In this document: piece after piece, positions 23,396 through 32,601 of the stretch
Layout: each line of letters opens with the position of its first letter
Position numbering within the stretch: the stretch's first letter is position 1
Source of the DNA: an uncultured Actinomycetota bacterium
Lineage (GTDB): Bacteria > Actinomycetota > Actinomycetes > Actinomycetales > CAVURS01
DNA: 64,000 nucleotides
NCBI GenBank assembly: GCA_963795385.1
Contig: CAWCHK010000009.1
Span: 17,632-81,631, forward strand
Reading direction: 5' to 3'
Notes under the pieces: generated by a model
Seen by the model: only the letters and a program-made list of their open reading frames with translations
Database searches by the model: none
Told to the model about the DNA's origin: nothing
Position numbers and translations under genes: made by a program

Positions 23396-24091
23396 TCAGA
23401 ACAGCCGGGAGTCCGGGTCGTCGACCCCTCGCATCGCGTCGTAGTCCAGGGTCACGCAGCGGATCCCACGGTCGGTTGCCAGCACCCGGGCCTGCGGCTT
23501 GATCTCCTGGGCGGCGAAGACGCCGATGACCGGGGCGAGCAGCGGGTCGCGGTTCATCAGGTCGAGGTAGCGGGTGAGCTGCTCGACACCGTCGATCTCG
23601 CCCCGCCGCTTGATCTCGACGGCCACGCTCACGCCTGCCGGGTCGCGGGCCAGGATGTCGACCGGGCCGATCGCGGTCATGTACTCCCGGCGGACCAGTG
23701 TGTGGCCCGGCCCCAGGACCTGGATCTGCTCGGACAGCAACCGCTGCAGGTGCGCCTCGACGCCGTCCTTGACCAGGCCGGGGTCGACGCCGAGATCGTG
23801 CCGGGCGTCGTGCTGGATCTCGTGCAGCCGGACCACGAGCCGGTCGTCGGTCTTCGCGTGCTGGACGGTCCAGACCGCGGTGACGCCGAGGTCGGCGTCG
23901 GCCGGCTCGGGGTCGCTCTCGGCCAGCGTGCAGGGCGGGCTCATCCAGTTCAGCGGCTTGTAGGACCCGCCGTCACTGTGCACCAGCACGCTGCCGTCGG
24001 CCTTGACCAGGAGCAGGCGGGTCGCCAGCGGGAGGTGCGCAGTCAGCCGGCCGACGTAGTCCACGCTGCAGCGGGCGATCACCAGGCGCAC
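23396..24091 (-). CDS. nucS: Mismatch-specific endonuclease NucS/EndoMS
   Basis: [42 protein letters not shown], and a C-terminal clamp-binding-like RLF. Confidence 0.96.
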   Translation of the reverse strand: MRLVIARCSVDYVGRLTAHLPLATRLLLVKADGSVLVHSDGGSYKPLNWMSPPCTLAESDPEPADADLGVTAVWTVQHAKTDDRLVVRLHEIQHDARHDLGVDPGLVKDGVEAHLQRLLSEQIQVLGPGHTLVRREYMTAIGPVDILARDPAGVSVAVEIKRRGEIDGVEQLTRYLDLMNRDPLLAPVIGVFAAQEIKPQARVLATDRGIRCVTLDYDAMRGVDDPDSRLF

Positions 24092-24188
24092 CCCGGCACC
24101 CTAACCGCACCACCCGGCGGCCTGCCGCGACAGCGGTCTGGCGCGACAGGGCTGCGCAGTCGGCTGCCGGCCGGGGAGACTCTCCGTC

Positions 24189-24749
24189 ATGGAGCGCCTG
24201 GGCGGTCGCGAGGTCTACCGCAACGACTGGATGGCCGTGCGGGAGGACCGGGTCCGCCGGCTCGACGGCAGCGAGGGCGTCTACGGGGTGGTCGACAAGC
24301 CGGACTTCGCCCTCGTGCTGCCGCGGGGCGAGGGCGGCTTCTGGCTGGTCGAGCAGTTCCGGTACGCCGTGCAGCGACGGGCCTGGGAGTTCCCGCAGGG
24401 CTCGTGGGCCCACGGCGACGGAGCCGAGGGCGGCTCGGCGGCGGAGCTGGCCCGCAACGAGCTGGCCGAGGAGACCGGGCTGCGGGCCGGCGCGCTGGAG
24501 CACCTGGGCCGGCTGCACGCGGCGTACGGCTTCTGCTCGCAGGGGTTCGACGTCTTCCTGGCCGCCGACCTCGAGCCCGGCCCGCCGCGCCGCGAGCCGA
24601 CCGAGCTCGACATGGCCCAGCGGTTCGTCCGGGACGAGGAGCTCGCGGCCATGGTGCGGGACGGGTCGATCACGGACGCGCCGTCGCTCGCCGCCCTCAC
24701 GCTCTACCGCCTCCGAGCCCACAACGGTGCAACTACGCGTCAGGCCTGA
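24189..24749 (+). CDS. NUDIX hydrolase (ADP-ribose pyrophosphatase-like)
   Basis: QFRY, WEFPQG, ARNELAEETG, ITDAPS. Confidence 0.88.
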   Translation: MERLGGREVYRNDWMAVREDRVRRLDGSEGVYGVVDKPDFALVLPRGEGGFWLVEQFRYAVQRRAWEFPQGSWAHGDGAEGGSAAELARNELAEETGLRAGALEHLGRLHAAYGFCSQGFDVFLAADLEPGPPRREPTELDMAQRFVRDEELAAMVRDGSITDAPSLAALTLYRLRAHNGATTRQA

Positions 24750-24767
24750 CGCGTAGTTGCACCGTTG
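24722..24767. repeat. Perfect 46-bp palindrome spanning two convergent stop codons
   Basis: CAACGGTGCAACTACGCGTCAGG|CCTGACGCGTAGTTGCACCGTTG, with no loop and no mismatch. Confidence 0.95.
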
Positions 24768-25642
24768 CGGTCGGATCCGGGCGGATCCGGGCGGGCCGGG
24801 CCCTCGGTCACCGCGGCGACCCGGGTGAGCCCGATCGCCCCGCCGACGGTCGCGACGAAGCCCGCCACGGCCACGACCGCGAACCCGGGCCGCGGCGAGT
24901 CGTCCAGCGCCACCAGCCCGATGATCGAGGGCACCACGGTCTCGACGGCGAAGGTCACACCGGTGACCGTCGTGACCTTGCCCCGGGCCAGCGCCGAGGC
25001 GTAGGCGGTCACGCCGACCGCGCCGTAGCCGACCAGGGCGTACGGCGTCGGGCCGGACAGGACGTGCCACCAGGGGTCCGGGATCGCCAGCGTCCGCTCG
25101 GCCAGGCCCATGCCGCTGAACGCCAGGCCGCAGGTGACGGCCATCGCCGCCGACGAACCGCTCCGCAGGGTCAGCCAGGCGACACCGGCGATCGCCGCGA
25201 CGCCCGCGAGCAGGACCCAGGGGGCCGCTCCGGACAACGACCGCGCGGGCCCCGGGGAGGAGCTCGCGGCCAGCAGCACCAGTCCCGTCCCGACGACGAC
25301 GAGCGCGCCGACCTCGCGACGGTGCAGCTGCAGGCCCAGCACCGGTACGGCGACGACCGCGGTCACCGCGATCGAGGCGGCGATGCACGACTCGACGATG
25401 AACAGCGGGAGATGTTGCAGCGCAACCGCTGTCGCCACGGCCCCGATGAAGTCCAGCACCGACCCCGCGACGTACCAGCGGTCGGCGACCAGCCGCAGCA
25501 GCCCCGAGGCCGACTCGCTCCCGGACGGCCCACCACCCTCGGCTGCGACGGCCTCCCGCCGGCGTACGCCGATCGCCTGCCAGACACTGGCGACGCCGAA
25601 CAGGACGGCCGACCCCAGGGACAGCACCAGGCCGAGGATCAC
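24740..25642 (-). CDS. DMT-superfamily-like integral membrane protein
   Basis: About 9-10 TM segments, ALQHLPLFIVE, ETVVPSIIG. Confidence 0.7.
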   Translation of the reverse strand: MILGLVLSLGSAVLFGVASVWQAIGVRRREAVAAEGGGPSGSESASGLLRLVADRWYVAGSVLDFIGAVATAVALQHLPLFIVESCIAASIAVTAVVAVPVLGLQLHRREVGALVVVGTGLVLLAASSSPGPARSLSGAAPWVLLAGVAAIAGVAWLTLRSGSSAAMAVTCGLAFSGMGLAERTLAIPDPWWHVLSGPTPYALVGYGAVGVTAYASALARGKVTTVTGVTFAVETVVPSIIGLVALDDSPRPGFAVVAVAGFVATVGGAIGLTRVAAVTEGPARPDPPGSDRNGATTRQA

Positions 25643-25733
25643 GGGCCGATCATGGCAGTGCCCACCTCCCGGCCGGGTCTGGGAGGATCACGAGGCACCA
25701 GCCGGCGTTCGACAGACGAGGGAGTGGCCCGCG

Positions 25734-27512
25734 ATGAGGCGTGAGTTCCGCAAGGTCGGGGTCATCGGGCTCGGCACGATGGGCGCGGGCATCGTCGAGG
25801 TCTTCGCCCGCAACGGGCTGGACGTCATCGGGCTGGAGTCCAGCGACGCGGCCCTCGAGCACGGCCGCGGGGTCCTGCAGCACTCGACCGACCGGGCCGT
25901 CGCGCGTGGCAAGCTCACCCCCGAGGACCAGGCCGCGCTGCTCTCGCACGTGCGCTTCAGCACGGCACTGGAGGACCTGGCCGACCGTGAGCTGGTCGTC
26001 GAGGCCGTGCCCGAGCACCTGGACCTCAAGCGCGAGATCTTCGGCAAGCTCGACTCGATCGTCAGCGCGGACGCCATCCTGGCCACCAACACCTCCAGCC
26101 TGTCGGTGACCGAGATCTCGGTCGCGACGCACAACCCGCGCCGGGTCGTCGGGATGCACTTCTTCAACCCCGCGCCGGTGCTGAAGTTCGTCGAGGTCAT
26201 CCGCACCGTCGTGACCGAGGACGACGTGGTCGACGACGTCCAGGCGCTCGCGCAGCGGCTCGGCAAGATGCCGGTCGTCGTCGGCGACAAGGCCGGGTTC
26301 ATCGCCAACGCGCTGCTGTTCGGCTACCTCAACCACGCGGTCTCGCTGTTCGAGTCGCGGTACGCCAGCCGCGAGGACATCGATGCCGCCATGACGCTGG
26401 GCTGCGGCCTCCCGATGGGACCGTTGGCCCTGATGGACCTGATCGGCCTCGACACGGCCTACGAGATCCTGGACACGATGTACAAGCAGGGTCGCGACCG
26501 GCTGCACGCCCCCAGCCCGATCCTGCGGCAGATGTCGACGGCCGGGCTCAAGGGCCGCAAGACCGGCAAGGGCTTCTACACGTACGACGAGGCCGGGTCG
26601 AGCACCGTGGTCGACGACGCGCTGACCCCGAGCGACACAGTTGCCGCTGGACAAGGGTTGCGTCAGGTCGAGACCGTCGGGGTCGTCGGGTCGGGCACGA
26701 TGGCGGCCGGCATCGCCGAGGTGTTCGCCAAGGCCGGCTTCGCGGTGACGCTGGTGGCGCGCAGCGCGGACGCGCAGGCCCGCGCGCACAGCACCATCGG
26801 CAAGAGCCTGGAGAAGGCCGTGCAGCGCGGCAAGCTGGACGACGCCGAGCGCTCGGCCGCGCTGGAGGGGCTGACCGTGAGCACCAGCCTGGACGACCTC
26901 GCCGGCGCGGACCTCGTGGTCGAGGCCGTGGTGGAGGAGCTCGACGTCAAGCAGGCGCTGTTCGAGAACCTCGACGAGATCTGCAAGCCCGGCGCCATCC
27001 TCGCGACGACCACCTCGTCGTTGCCCGTGGTCGAGTGCGCGGTGGCCACCAAGCGCCCGGCCGACGTCGTCGGCCTGCACTTCTTCAACCCCGCGCCCGT
27101 CATGCGACTGGTCGAGGTCGTGCCTACCGTCACCACCGCTCCGGACGTCGTCGCGACGGCGCGCAGCATCGTGGAGCGCCTCGGCAAGCACCCGGTGCTC
27201 TGCGGTGACCGCTCCGGCTTCATCGTCAACGCCCTGCTGTTCCCCTACCTGAACGACGCCGTCAAGATGCTGCAGGCGCACTACGCCGGCGTCGAGGACA
27301 TCGACACGGCGATGAAGACCGGCTGCGGCTACCCGATGGGGCCGTTCGAGCTGCTCGACGCCGTAGGGCTGGACGTGTCACTGGCGATCCAGCGCCAGCT
27401 CTACCTGGAGTTCCGCGAGCCCGGCTTCGCGCCGGCGCCGCTGCTGGAGCAGCTCGTGACGGCGGGCTACCTGGGGCGCAAGAGCGGCCGCGGCTTCCGC
27501 GACTACACCTGA
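25734..27512 (+). CDS. 3-hydroxyacyl-CoA dehydrogenase with two tandem dehydrogenase units
   Basis: Two Rossmann motifs (GLGTMGAG, GSGTMAAG), two HFFNPAP, two PMGP and two GRK.G.GF. Confidence 0.9.
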   Translation: MRREFRKVGVIGLGTMGAGIVEVFARNGLDVIGLESSDAALEHGRGVLQHSTDRAVARGKLTPEDQAALLSHVRFSTALEDLADRELVVEAVPEHLDLKREIFGKLDSIVSADAILATNTSSLSVTEISVATHNPRRVVGMHFFNPAPVLKFVEVIRTVVTEDDVVDDVQALAQRLGKMPVVVGDKAGFIANALLFGYLNHAVSLFESRYASREDIDAAMTLGCGLPMGPLALMDLIGLDTAYEILDTMYKQGRDRLHAPSPILRQMSTAGLKGRKTGKGFYTYDEAGSSTVVDDALTPSDTVAAGQGLRQVETVGVVGSGTMAAGIAEVFAKAGFAVTLVARSADAQARAHSTIGKSLEKAVQRGKLDDAERSAALEGLTVSTSLDDLAGADLVVEAVVEELDVKQALFENLDEICKPGAILATTTSSLPVVECAVATKRPADVVGLHFFNPAPVMRLVEVVPTVTTAPDVVATARSIVERLGKHPVLCGDRSGFIVNALLFPYLNDAVKMLQAHYAGVEDIDTAMKTGCGYPMGPFELLDAVGLDVSLAIQRQLYLEFREPGFAPAPLLEQLVTAGYLGRKSGRGFRDYT

Positions 27513-27574
27513 GCCGTCGACTACACCTGAGCGACCGAGCCACCGAGCCACCGAGCCACCGAGCCACTGAGTCA
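27500..27574. repeat. 15-bp duplication of the gene end followed by (CCGAGCCA)x4
   Basis: CGACTACACCTGAGC at 27500-27514 and 27518-27532; 8-mer array at 27535-27566 plus one degenerate copy. Confidence 0.85.
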
Positions 27575-27579
27575 CTGAC

Positions 27580-27909
27580 ATGCCACGGAGCAACCGGGTC
27601 CGGCGCGGCGGGCGCCGGCTGCCGACGTCCACCGGCCCGGCCTCGCCCGGCGCCGATGACCTCGACGTACGCCGCGCGCTCGCGGGCACCGAGCGGGTCG
27701 AGTCCCACGCCGACGGCGAGTGGTACGTCCGGGCCGTGAACGGCGGCGTCTCGGCCAAGGCCTACCGCTGCCCGGGCTGCAACCAGGAGATCCCCGCAGG
27801 CGTCTCGCACGTCGTCGCGTGGCCCGCCGACGGCATGCTCGACGTCACCGACCGCCGGCACTGGCACACGCCGTGCTGGCGGGCCCGGGCCAGCCGCCGC
27901 CCGCGCTGA
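27580..27909 (+). CDS. Conserved actinobacterial small protein with Cys/His motif
   Basis: YRCPGCNQEI...HVVAWP...RRHWHTPCW. Confidence 0.8.
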   Translation: MPRSNRVRRGGRRLPTSTGPASPGADDLDVRRALAGTERVESHADGEWYVRAVNGGVSAKAYRCPGCNQEIPAGVSHVVAWPADGMLDVTDRRHWHTPCWRARASRRPR

Positions 27910-27911
27910 GA

Positions 27912-28343
27912 TCAGCCGGGCGGGCTCGGGGCGAGGTCGTACGCCGTCAGGTCGGGCAGCTCCCACGGGGGAGGCTCGGCTGAGCCACCGGATGAGCCCG
28001 GACGCCTGACCGTGATCGCCGCGACGACCGGGTTGGCCTCTCCCACAACGGTTGTCGGCACCACGCCGTAGATGTGTGGGAACGGCCCGGGAGCTCCCGG
28101 CACCTCGTCCCATCGCACCGGCGACCCTGCGGCGTCCAGCGCCTCGACGTCCAGCACCAGCAGCACCACCTCGGCCACGTCGGCGTAGAAGCCGTCGAGG
28201 ACCCCGCTCAGCTGGGCCCGCGTGCTGGCGTGGATGAAGCCCTCGTCGGCGAGCGTCCGGCCGCGCGAGGAGACGGCGTAGCTGCCGGCCTCCAGCGCGG
28301 CCGCCCAGTCCGGGGCCAGTGCCGCATGCAGGATCCGGCTCAC
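27912..28343 (-). CDS. DUF952 family protein
   Basis: ILH...DEGFIHAST...FPHIYG. Confidence 0.85.
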   Translation of the reverse strand: MSRILHAALAPDWAAALEAGSYAVSSRGRTLADEGFIHASTRAQLSGVLDGFYADVAEVVLLVLDVEALDAAGSPVRWDEVPGAPGPFPHIYGVVPTTVVGEANPVVAAITVRRPGSSGGSAEPPPWELPDLTAYDLAPSPPG

Positions 28344-29623
28344 GCGCTCGGGCCGAGCAGGTCGAGCCGGTCCATCGCGATCAGGACCAGGGCGTCGGTC
28401 CAGGCCAGCGGCGCGACGTCACCGGCCGAGCCGTCCGCCCGGACCTTCTCCGGCAGGGCGCCGCCGGACGCCGCGCGGGTGGCGAACCACGCCAGCCAGT
28501 GCTCCGCCTGCTGGGTGTCGCCGATCTCGGCCGCGGCGACGAGGAACAGCGCCGTCTCCGGAGTCCAGGACACGCCGTCGTGCCGGGGCCAGGTGCTGCC
28601 CGGGGACAGTCCTCCGCCGGGCTCGCGGAGCCGGGGGACGGCCGCCCGGGCGGCCTCGACCGCGCCGGGCAGGGGCGAGTCGACGTACGGCGGCAGGGTG
28701 AAGGCCAGGGCTGCGTCCGGCCCGCTGCCGCCGGCGTACCGGGAGTAGCCGCTGGAGCCGAACCGCGACTGGATGCTCGCCCGGAGCGTCGTCGCCCGCC
28801 GGGCGGCCAGGTCGGCCTCCGCCGGTGAGTGGCCGCGGACCAGCCGGCTCCCGGAGAGCAGGCCGACCAGTGTCGGCGCGGCCACGCCGAGGGTCAGCCG
28901 GGACTCACCGAGCTCCCAGTAGTCGCTGCTGGGCGCCGGCAGAGCGCCCGGCCCGGCAGTCCGGTCCAGCAGGCGCTGCAGCGAGCGATCCACGAGTGGC
29001 CGCAACGATGTCGCGATCTGCTCCCGCCGGTCGGCCGGTGCCGCGGCGACGACCTCGTCGACGCTCCACAGGGCCCAGCCGGGATCGTCGTCCTGGACGC
29101 CCCGGGCGTCCGGCGGGCCCGAGCCGTCAACCCGGTAGCGAGCCTGGAAGCTGCCGTCGCGACCCTGCACGGCCTGCAGGAAGCCCAACGCCCGCAACGC
29201 ATCCGGCAGGTGCCCGGTCCGCGCGAGCGCGACGGCCGCGAACGCCGTGTCCCGCGGCCAGACGTAGCGCCAGGAGTGCCGGACGGACGCGACGACGCCG
29301 CCGTTCTGCAGGGTGAGGGAGTGCAGGTCGGCCAGCGCGGTGGTGGCGAGGGCGGCGTAGTCCCCGGCCGGCACCTTGCCCTCGTGCAGCCAGGTCTGGA
29401 ACTGCGTGCCGCCCGCCGCCTGCGCCCCGGTCCGGCCGCCGGCCAGGAGACGCGCACCGCCGGCCAGGGCCTCCACCGGCCGGTGGCCCACCCGGCCAGG
29501 ACCGGTGGTGGACAGGGCGAACAGGCCGGCGCCGGCCAGCCCGAGGGCCACCACGACGGACAGCAGCACCGCGACGCCGGGGACCGAGCGCCGGGATGCG
29601 CGTTGGGCTCGACCTGCGGTCAC
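28340..29623 (-). CDS. GH15-like (alpha/alpha)6 glycoside hydrolase with N-terminal TM anchor
   Basis: WRYVWPRD, QDDDPGW, DYWE, LPEKV, APLAWT. Confidence 0.75.
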   Translation of the reverse strand: MTAGRAQRASRRSVPGVAVLLSVVVALGLAGAGLFALSTTGPGRVGHRPVEALAGGARLLAGGRTGAQAAGGTQFQTWLHEGKVPAGDYAALATTALADLHSLTLQNGGVVASVRHSWRYVWPRDTAFAAVALARTGHLPDALRALGFLQAVQGRDGSFQARYRVDGSGPPDARGVQDDDPGWALWSVDEVVAAAPADRREQIATSLRPLVDRSLQRLLDRTAGPGALPAPSSDYWELGESRLTLGVAAPTLVGLLSGSRLVRGHSPAEADLAARRATTLRASIQSRFGSSGYSRYAGGSGPDAALAFTLPPYVDSPLPGAVEAARAAVPRLREPGGGLSPGSTWPRHDGVSWTPETALFLVAAAEIGDTQQAEHWLAWFATRAASGGALPEKVRADGSAGDVAPLAWTDALVLIAMDRLDLLGPSA

Positions 29624-29676
29624 GGCACCTCACTGTGGCTGGTGGCGCATCGTCTCACGCAGGCAGGTCCGGCCGG

Positions 29677-30600
29677 TCAGCCCAGGACGGCGTCGGCGCG
29701 CAGGACCAGATGGTCGGAGCCGGACGCGGCCTGGACACTGCCGGAGTAGCCGGTGAAGTCGCGGGCGGTCAGGAAGAGCAGGTCGGGCTTGCGGTAGGTC
29801 GGGTTCGTCGCGGACGGGCAGCCCGCGCCGCCCTTGCAGTTGGTCCACTGCAGGTACGCCGATGTCGCCGATCCGCCGCTGCGCTTGAGGTTGCCGCTGT
29901 CGGCCTCGACGAAGGTACCCCGGCCCGACGGGTAGTCGCTGTCGTAGACCGCGTCGAGAGCGGCGTTCGGCGGGCTCAGGTTGAAGTCGCCGCCGAGCAC
30001 GACGGCGTTGTCGACGGCGTAGGCGGCGACCCGGGCCGCGACGTCCGCGACCTGGGCCGGCTGGTTGCCGACCCGGTTGTCGATGTGGGTGACGCAGGCC
30101 ACCAGCGGGCGGGACGCGCCGGCGACGGAGGTCTGCAGGCAGGCGATCCTGCGCGGCTCGTTGTTGCCCGGGTTGGGCAGCCACCAGCTGCCCAGGTAGG
30201 TGTACTGCCCGGTCCGGACCATCAGGGCGATGCCGAAGTCGCTGCCGTCGGCGCAGGCCGCCGCCTTGGTCACCTCGAACCGCCCGCGGTACGCCGGCAG
30301 CGCGGCCAGCGCCGTGGTCAGGACGCTGCGGCAGACCTCCTGCAGCGTCACGACGTACGGCCGCGGAGCCTTCGCCGTGACGGCCGCCTCGAGGTCGCGA
30401 GCCGCGAGCGCGCCCTGGCCACAAGAGATCCCGCACAGGTTGAACTGCAGGAAGGACATCGGCGCGGTCGCCGCCGAGGCGGGCGAGACGGGCGAAGCCG
30501 TCGTCAGCGTCCCGGCCCCGAGCAGGCCCGCGACGAGCAGGGCGCCCAGCCGAACCCTCGAGCTCTGGCGCCGCAGCGCGCGCAGGGATGGCAACGGCAT
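29677..30600 (-). CDS. Secreted endonuclease/exonuclease/phosphatase family protein
   Basis: Signal peptide, QFNLCG, LQEVC, VTH, GGDFN, SDH; RBS GAGGT. Confidence 0.82.
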   Translation of the reverse strand: MPLPSLRALRRQSSRVRLGALLVAGLLGAGTLTTASPVSPASAATAPMSFLQFNLCGISCGQGALAARDLEAAVTAKAPRPYVVTLQEVCRSVLTTALAALPAYRGRFEVTKAAACADGSDFGIALMVRTGQYTYLGSWWLPNPGNNEPRRIACLQTSVAGASRPLVACVTHIDNRVGNQPAQVADVAARVAAYAVDNAVVLGGDFNLSPPNAALDAVYDSDYPSGRGTFVEADSGNLKRSGGSATSAYLQWTNCKGGAGCPSATNPTYRKPDLLFLTARDFTGYSGSVQAASGSDHLVLRADAVLG

Positions 30601-30643
30601 GGGCGACCTCGCGTCCACCGCAGCTGCGGGCCGGCGCAGGGGA

Positions 30644-30659
30644 CGGACCGTACGGTCCG
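30644..30659. promoter_or_regulatory. 16-bp palindrome in a divergent promoter region (possible operator, with TACGGT -10 on both strands)
   Basis: CGGACCGTACGGTCCG. Confidence 0.4.
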
Positions 30660-30675
30660 GCTAGGCTCCGAGCTG

Positions 30676-31389
30676 ATGAGCCCCGAGGATATTCGGCACG
30701 ACACCGTCCTGCCGGCCGATCGGCAGAACATCGAGCTGCACACCGCCGACGGCCTCACCCTGGTCGGCGAGCTGGCCCGGCCGGTGGACCGCCCGGCCGT
30801 CGCGACGCTGGTCACGCTGCATCCCCTGCCCACCCACGGCGGCTTCATGGACAGCCACGTCCTGCGCAAGGCGGCCGCCCGGCTGCCGGCCCTGGCCGGG
30901 ATCGCGGTGCTCCGCTTCAACCTGCGAGGGGTCAGCAGCCCGCGCGGCCTCAGCCAGGGAACCTTCGACAACGGCGTCGCCGAGCGCTACGACGTCGGCG
31001 CGGCCATCGAGTACGCCGAGTTCCACGAGCTCCCGCACCCGTGGCTGCTGGGCTGGAGCTTCGGCACCGACCTGGTCCTGCGCTACGGCTGCGACCCGGG
31101 CATCGAGGGTGCGATCCTGCTCAGCCCGCCGCTGCGGTCCGCGACCGACGAGGACCTGGACGTCTGGACCCGGTCCGGCAAGCCGGTGCTCGCGCTGGTG
31201 CCGGAGTTCGACGACTACCTGCGACCGCCGGAGGCCCGGCGACGCTTCGCCCGGCTGAGCCAGGCCCGGGTCGTCGGCGTCCCGGGCGCCCGGCACCTGT
31301 GGGTCGGGGAGCCCTACGTCCGCCGGGCCCTGGACGAGATCGTCGGCCAGGTCATCCCCGGGCACGGGCCGCTGCCCTCCTCGTACTGA
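30676..31389 (+). CDS. Alpha/beta hydrolase
   Basis: HPLPTHGGFMD, GWSFG, EFDDY, HLWVG. Confidence 0.87.
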   Translation: MSPEDIRHDTVLPADRQNIELHTADGLTLVGELARPVDRPAVATLVTLHPLPTHGGFMDSHVLRKAAARLPALAGIAVLRFNLRGVSSPRGLSQGTFDNGVAERYDVGAAIEYAEFHELPHPWLLGWSFGTDLVLRYGCDPGIEGAILLSPPLRSATDEDLDVWTRSGKPVLALVPEFDDYLRPPEARRRFARLSQARVVGVPGARHLWVGEPYVRRALDEIVGQVIPGHGPLPSSY

Positions 31390-31410
31390 CGCGGTCGTAC
31401 GGCTGCGGCG

Positions 31411-32601
31411 TCAGTGCTGGGCCTGCCGCGGGACCAGCACCTCTTCGTAGATCAGGATCAGGCCGGCCGCGGTGGGGATCGCCATCAGCGCGCCGATCAC
31501 CCCGAGCAGGGTGCCACCGGCGAGGGCCGCGATCACGGTGACCGCGCCCGGCACGGAGATCGTGCGCTTCATCACCCGCGGCGCGATGACGTAGTTCTCC
31601 AGCTGCTGGTAGACGACGTAGTAGATCGCCGCGACCACGGCCGTGGACACCGAGCTGAACAGCGCGACGACGACCACGACGACGGCGCCCAGGGTCGCGC
31701 CGACCATCGGGATCAGGCCGAGGAAGCCGACCAGGACGGCGAGCGCCTCCGGGTAGGGCAGGCCGAGGATGCGCAGCAGGATGTAGGTGCAGATCGCGTT
31801 GGTGGAGGCGACGGCGATCTGCCCGATGACGTAGCCGCCGACCCGGCGGGTGATCTCATCGCCGAGGGTCCGCACCCGGTCCCGGCGGCTGGCCGGGACG
31901 GCGCGATAGCAGACCTCCTTCACCGTGGGCAGTGACGCGGTCAGGTAGAGCGTCAGGACCAGCACCGTGAACGCGCTGAACACGCCGCTGATCGCGGCCC
32001 GCCCGGCCCCCAGCACGCCGCCGAAGACGTCGGTCCACACCCGCCCGGAGGAGAGCTTGGCCTTCAGCTGCTCCTGCAGCTTGGTCACCACGTGGTAGTG
32101 CTGGTCCAGGCTGCGCACCTGCTTGTTGCGCAACAGGCTCTGGACGTAGTCGGGCGCGTTGTCGGCCAGCTGGGCCCCCTGCTGGGCGAGCGGCGGCAGC
32201 AGCAGGCCGACGAGGGCCGCGAACAGCCCGATCACCCCGGCGAACACGACGGCCACCGACCAGCCGCGGGAGAGGCCACGCCGCTGGAGGAAGCGCACCA
32301 CCGGGTCCAGGCCGAGGGCGAGGAAGACCGCGACCGCGAGCAGGGTGATGACCTGCGAGAGCCGGACCAGCGAGACCACCAGCCCGTAGGCCACCGCCAG
32401 CCCCAGGCCGCCGAAGAGGCCGAGGTAGAACGGTGAGTGCCGGTTCAGCGGCGCGCCCGGCCGGCCGAACTCACCCTCGCCGTCGGCGACGTCCTGCGGC
32501 GCGGGCTCGGTCGCCGCGGCGGCCTCGGCGACCCGCGTCGTACGGCGGCGTTCTGCCGCTGACCGGCGGCCTCGACCGAAGCGGTCGAGCCAGCCGATCA
32601 G
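31411..32601 (-). CDS. AI-2E family transporter (probable CTG start at 32601)
   Basis: Multi-TM; IPMVGA, YQQLENYVIAPRVM, GALMAIP. The frame stays open upstream through FGRPGAPLNRHSPFYLG. Confidence 0.85.
   Translation of the reverse strand: MIGWLDRFGRGRRSAAERRRTTRVAEAAAATEPAPQDVADGEGEFGRPGAPLNRHSPFYLGLFGGLGLAVAYGLVVSLVRLSQVITLLAVAVFLALGLDPVVRFLQRRGLSRGWSVAVVFAGVIGLFAALVGLLLPPLAQQGAQLADNAPDYVQSLLRNKQVRSLDQHYHVVTKLQEQLKAKLSSGRVWTDVFGGVLGAGRAAISGVFSAFTVLVLTLYLTASLPTVKEVCYRAVPASRRDRVRTLGDEITRRVGGYVIGQIAVASTNAICTYILLRILGLPYPEALAVLVGFLGLIPMVGATLGAVVVVVVALFSSVSTAVVAAIYYVVYQQLENYVIAPRVMKRTISVPGAVTVIAALAGGTLLGVIGALMAIPTAAGLILIYEEVLVPRQAQH

Noticed and set aside
23396-24091. NucS as a defence nuclease
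   Set aside because: It is the standard actinobacterial mismatch-repair enzyme at its usual locus.
27500-27532. 15-bp direct repeat at a gene end as a prophage/ICE att site
   Set aside because: Copies are only 3 bp apart and there is no integrase in the window.
19969-27574. Short repeat arrays as CRISPR
   Set aside because: Units are 8-15 bp with no spacers and no cas genes.
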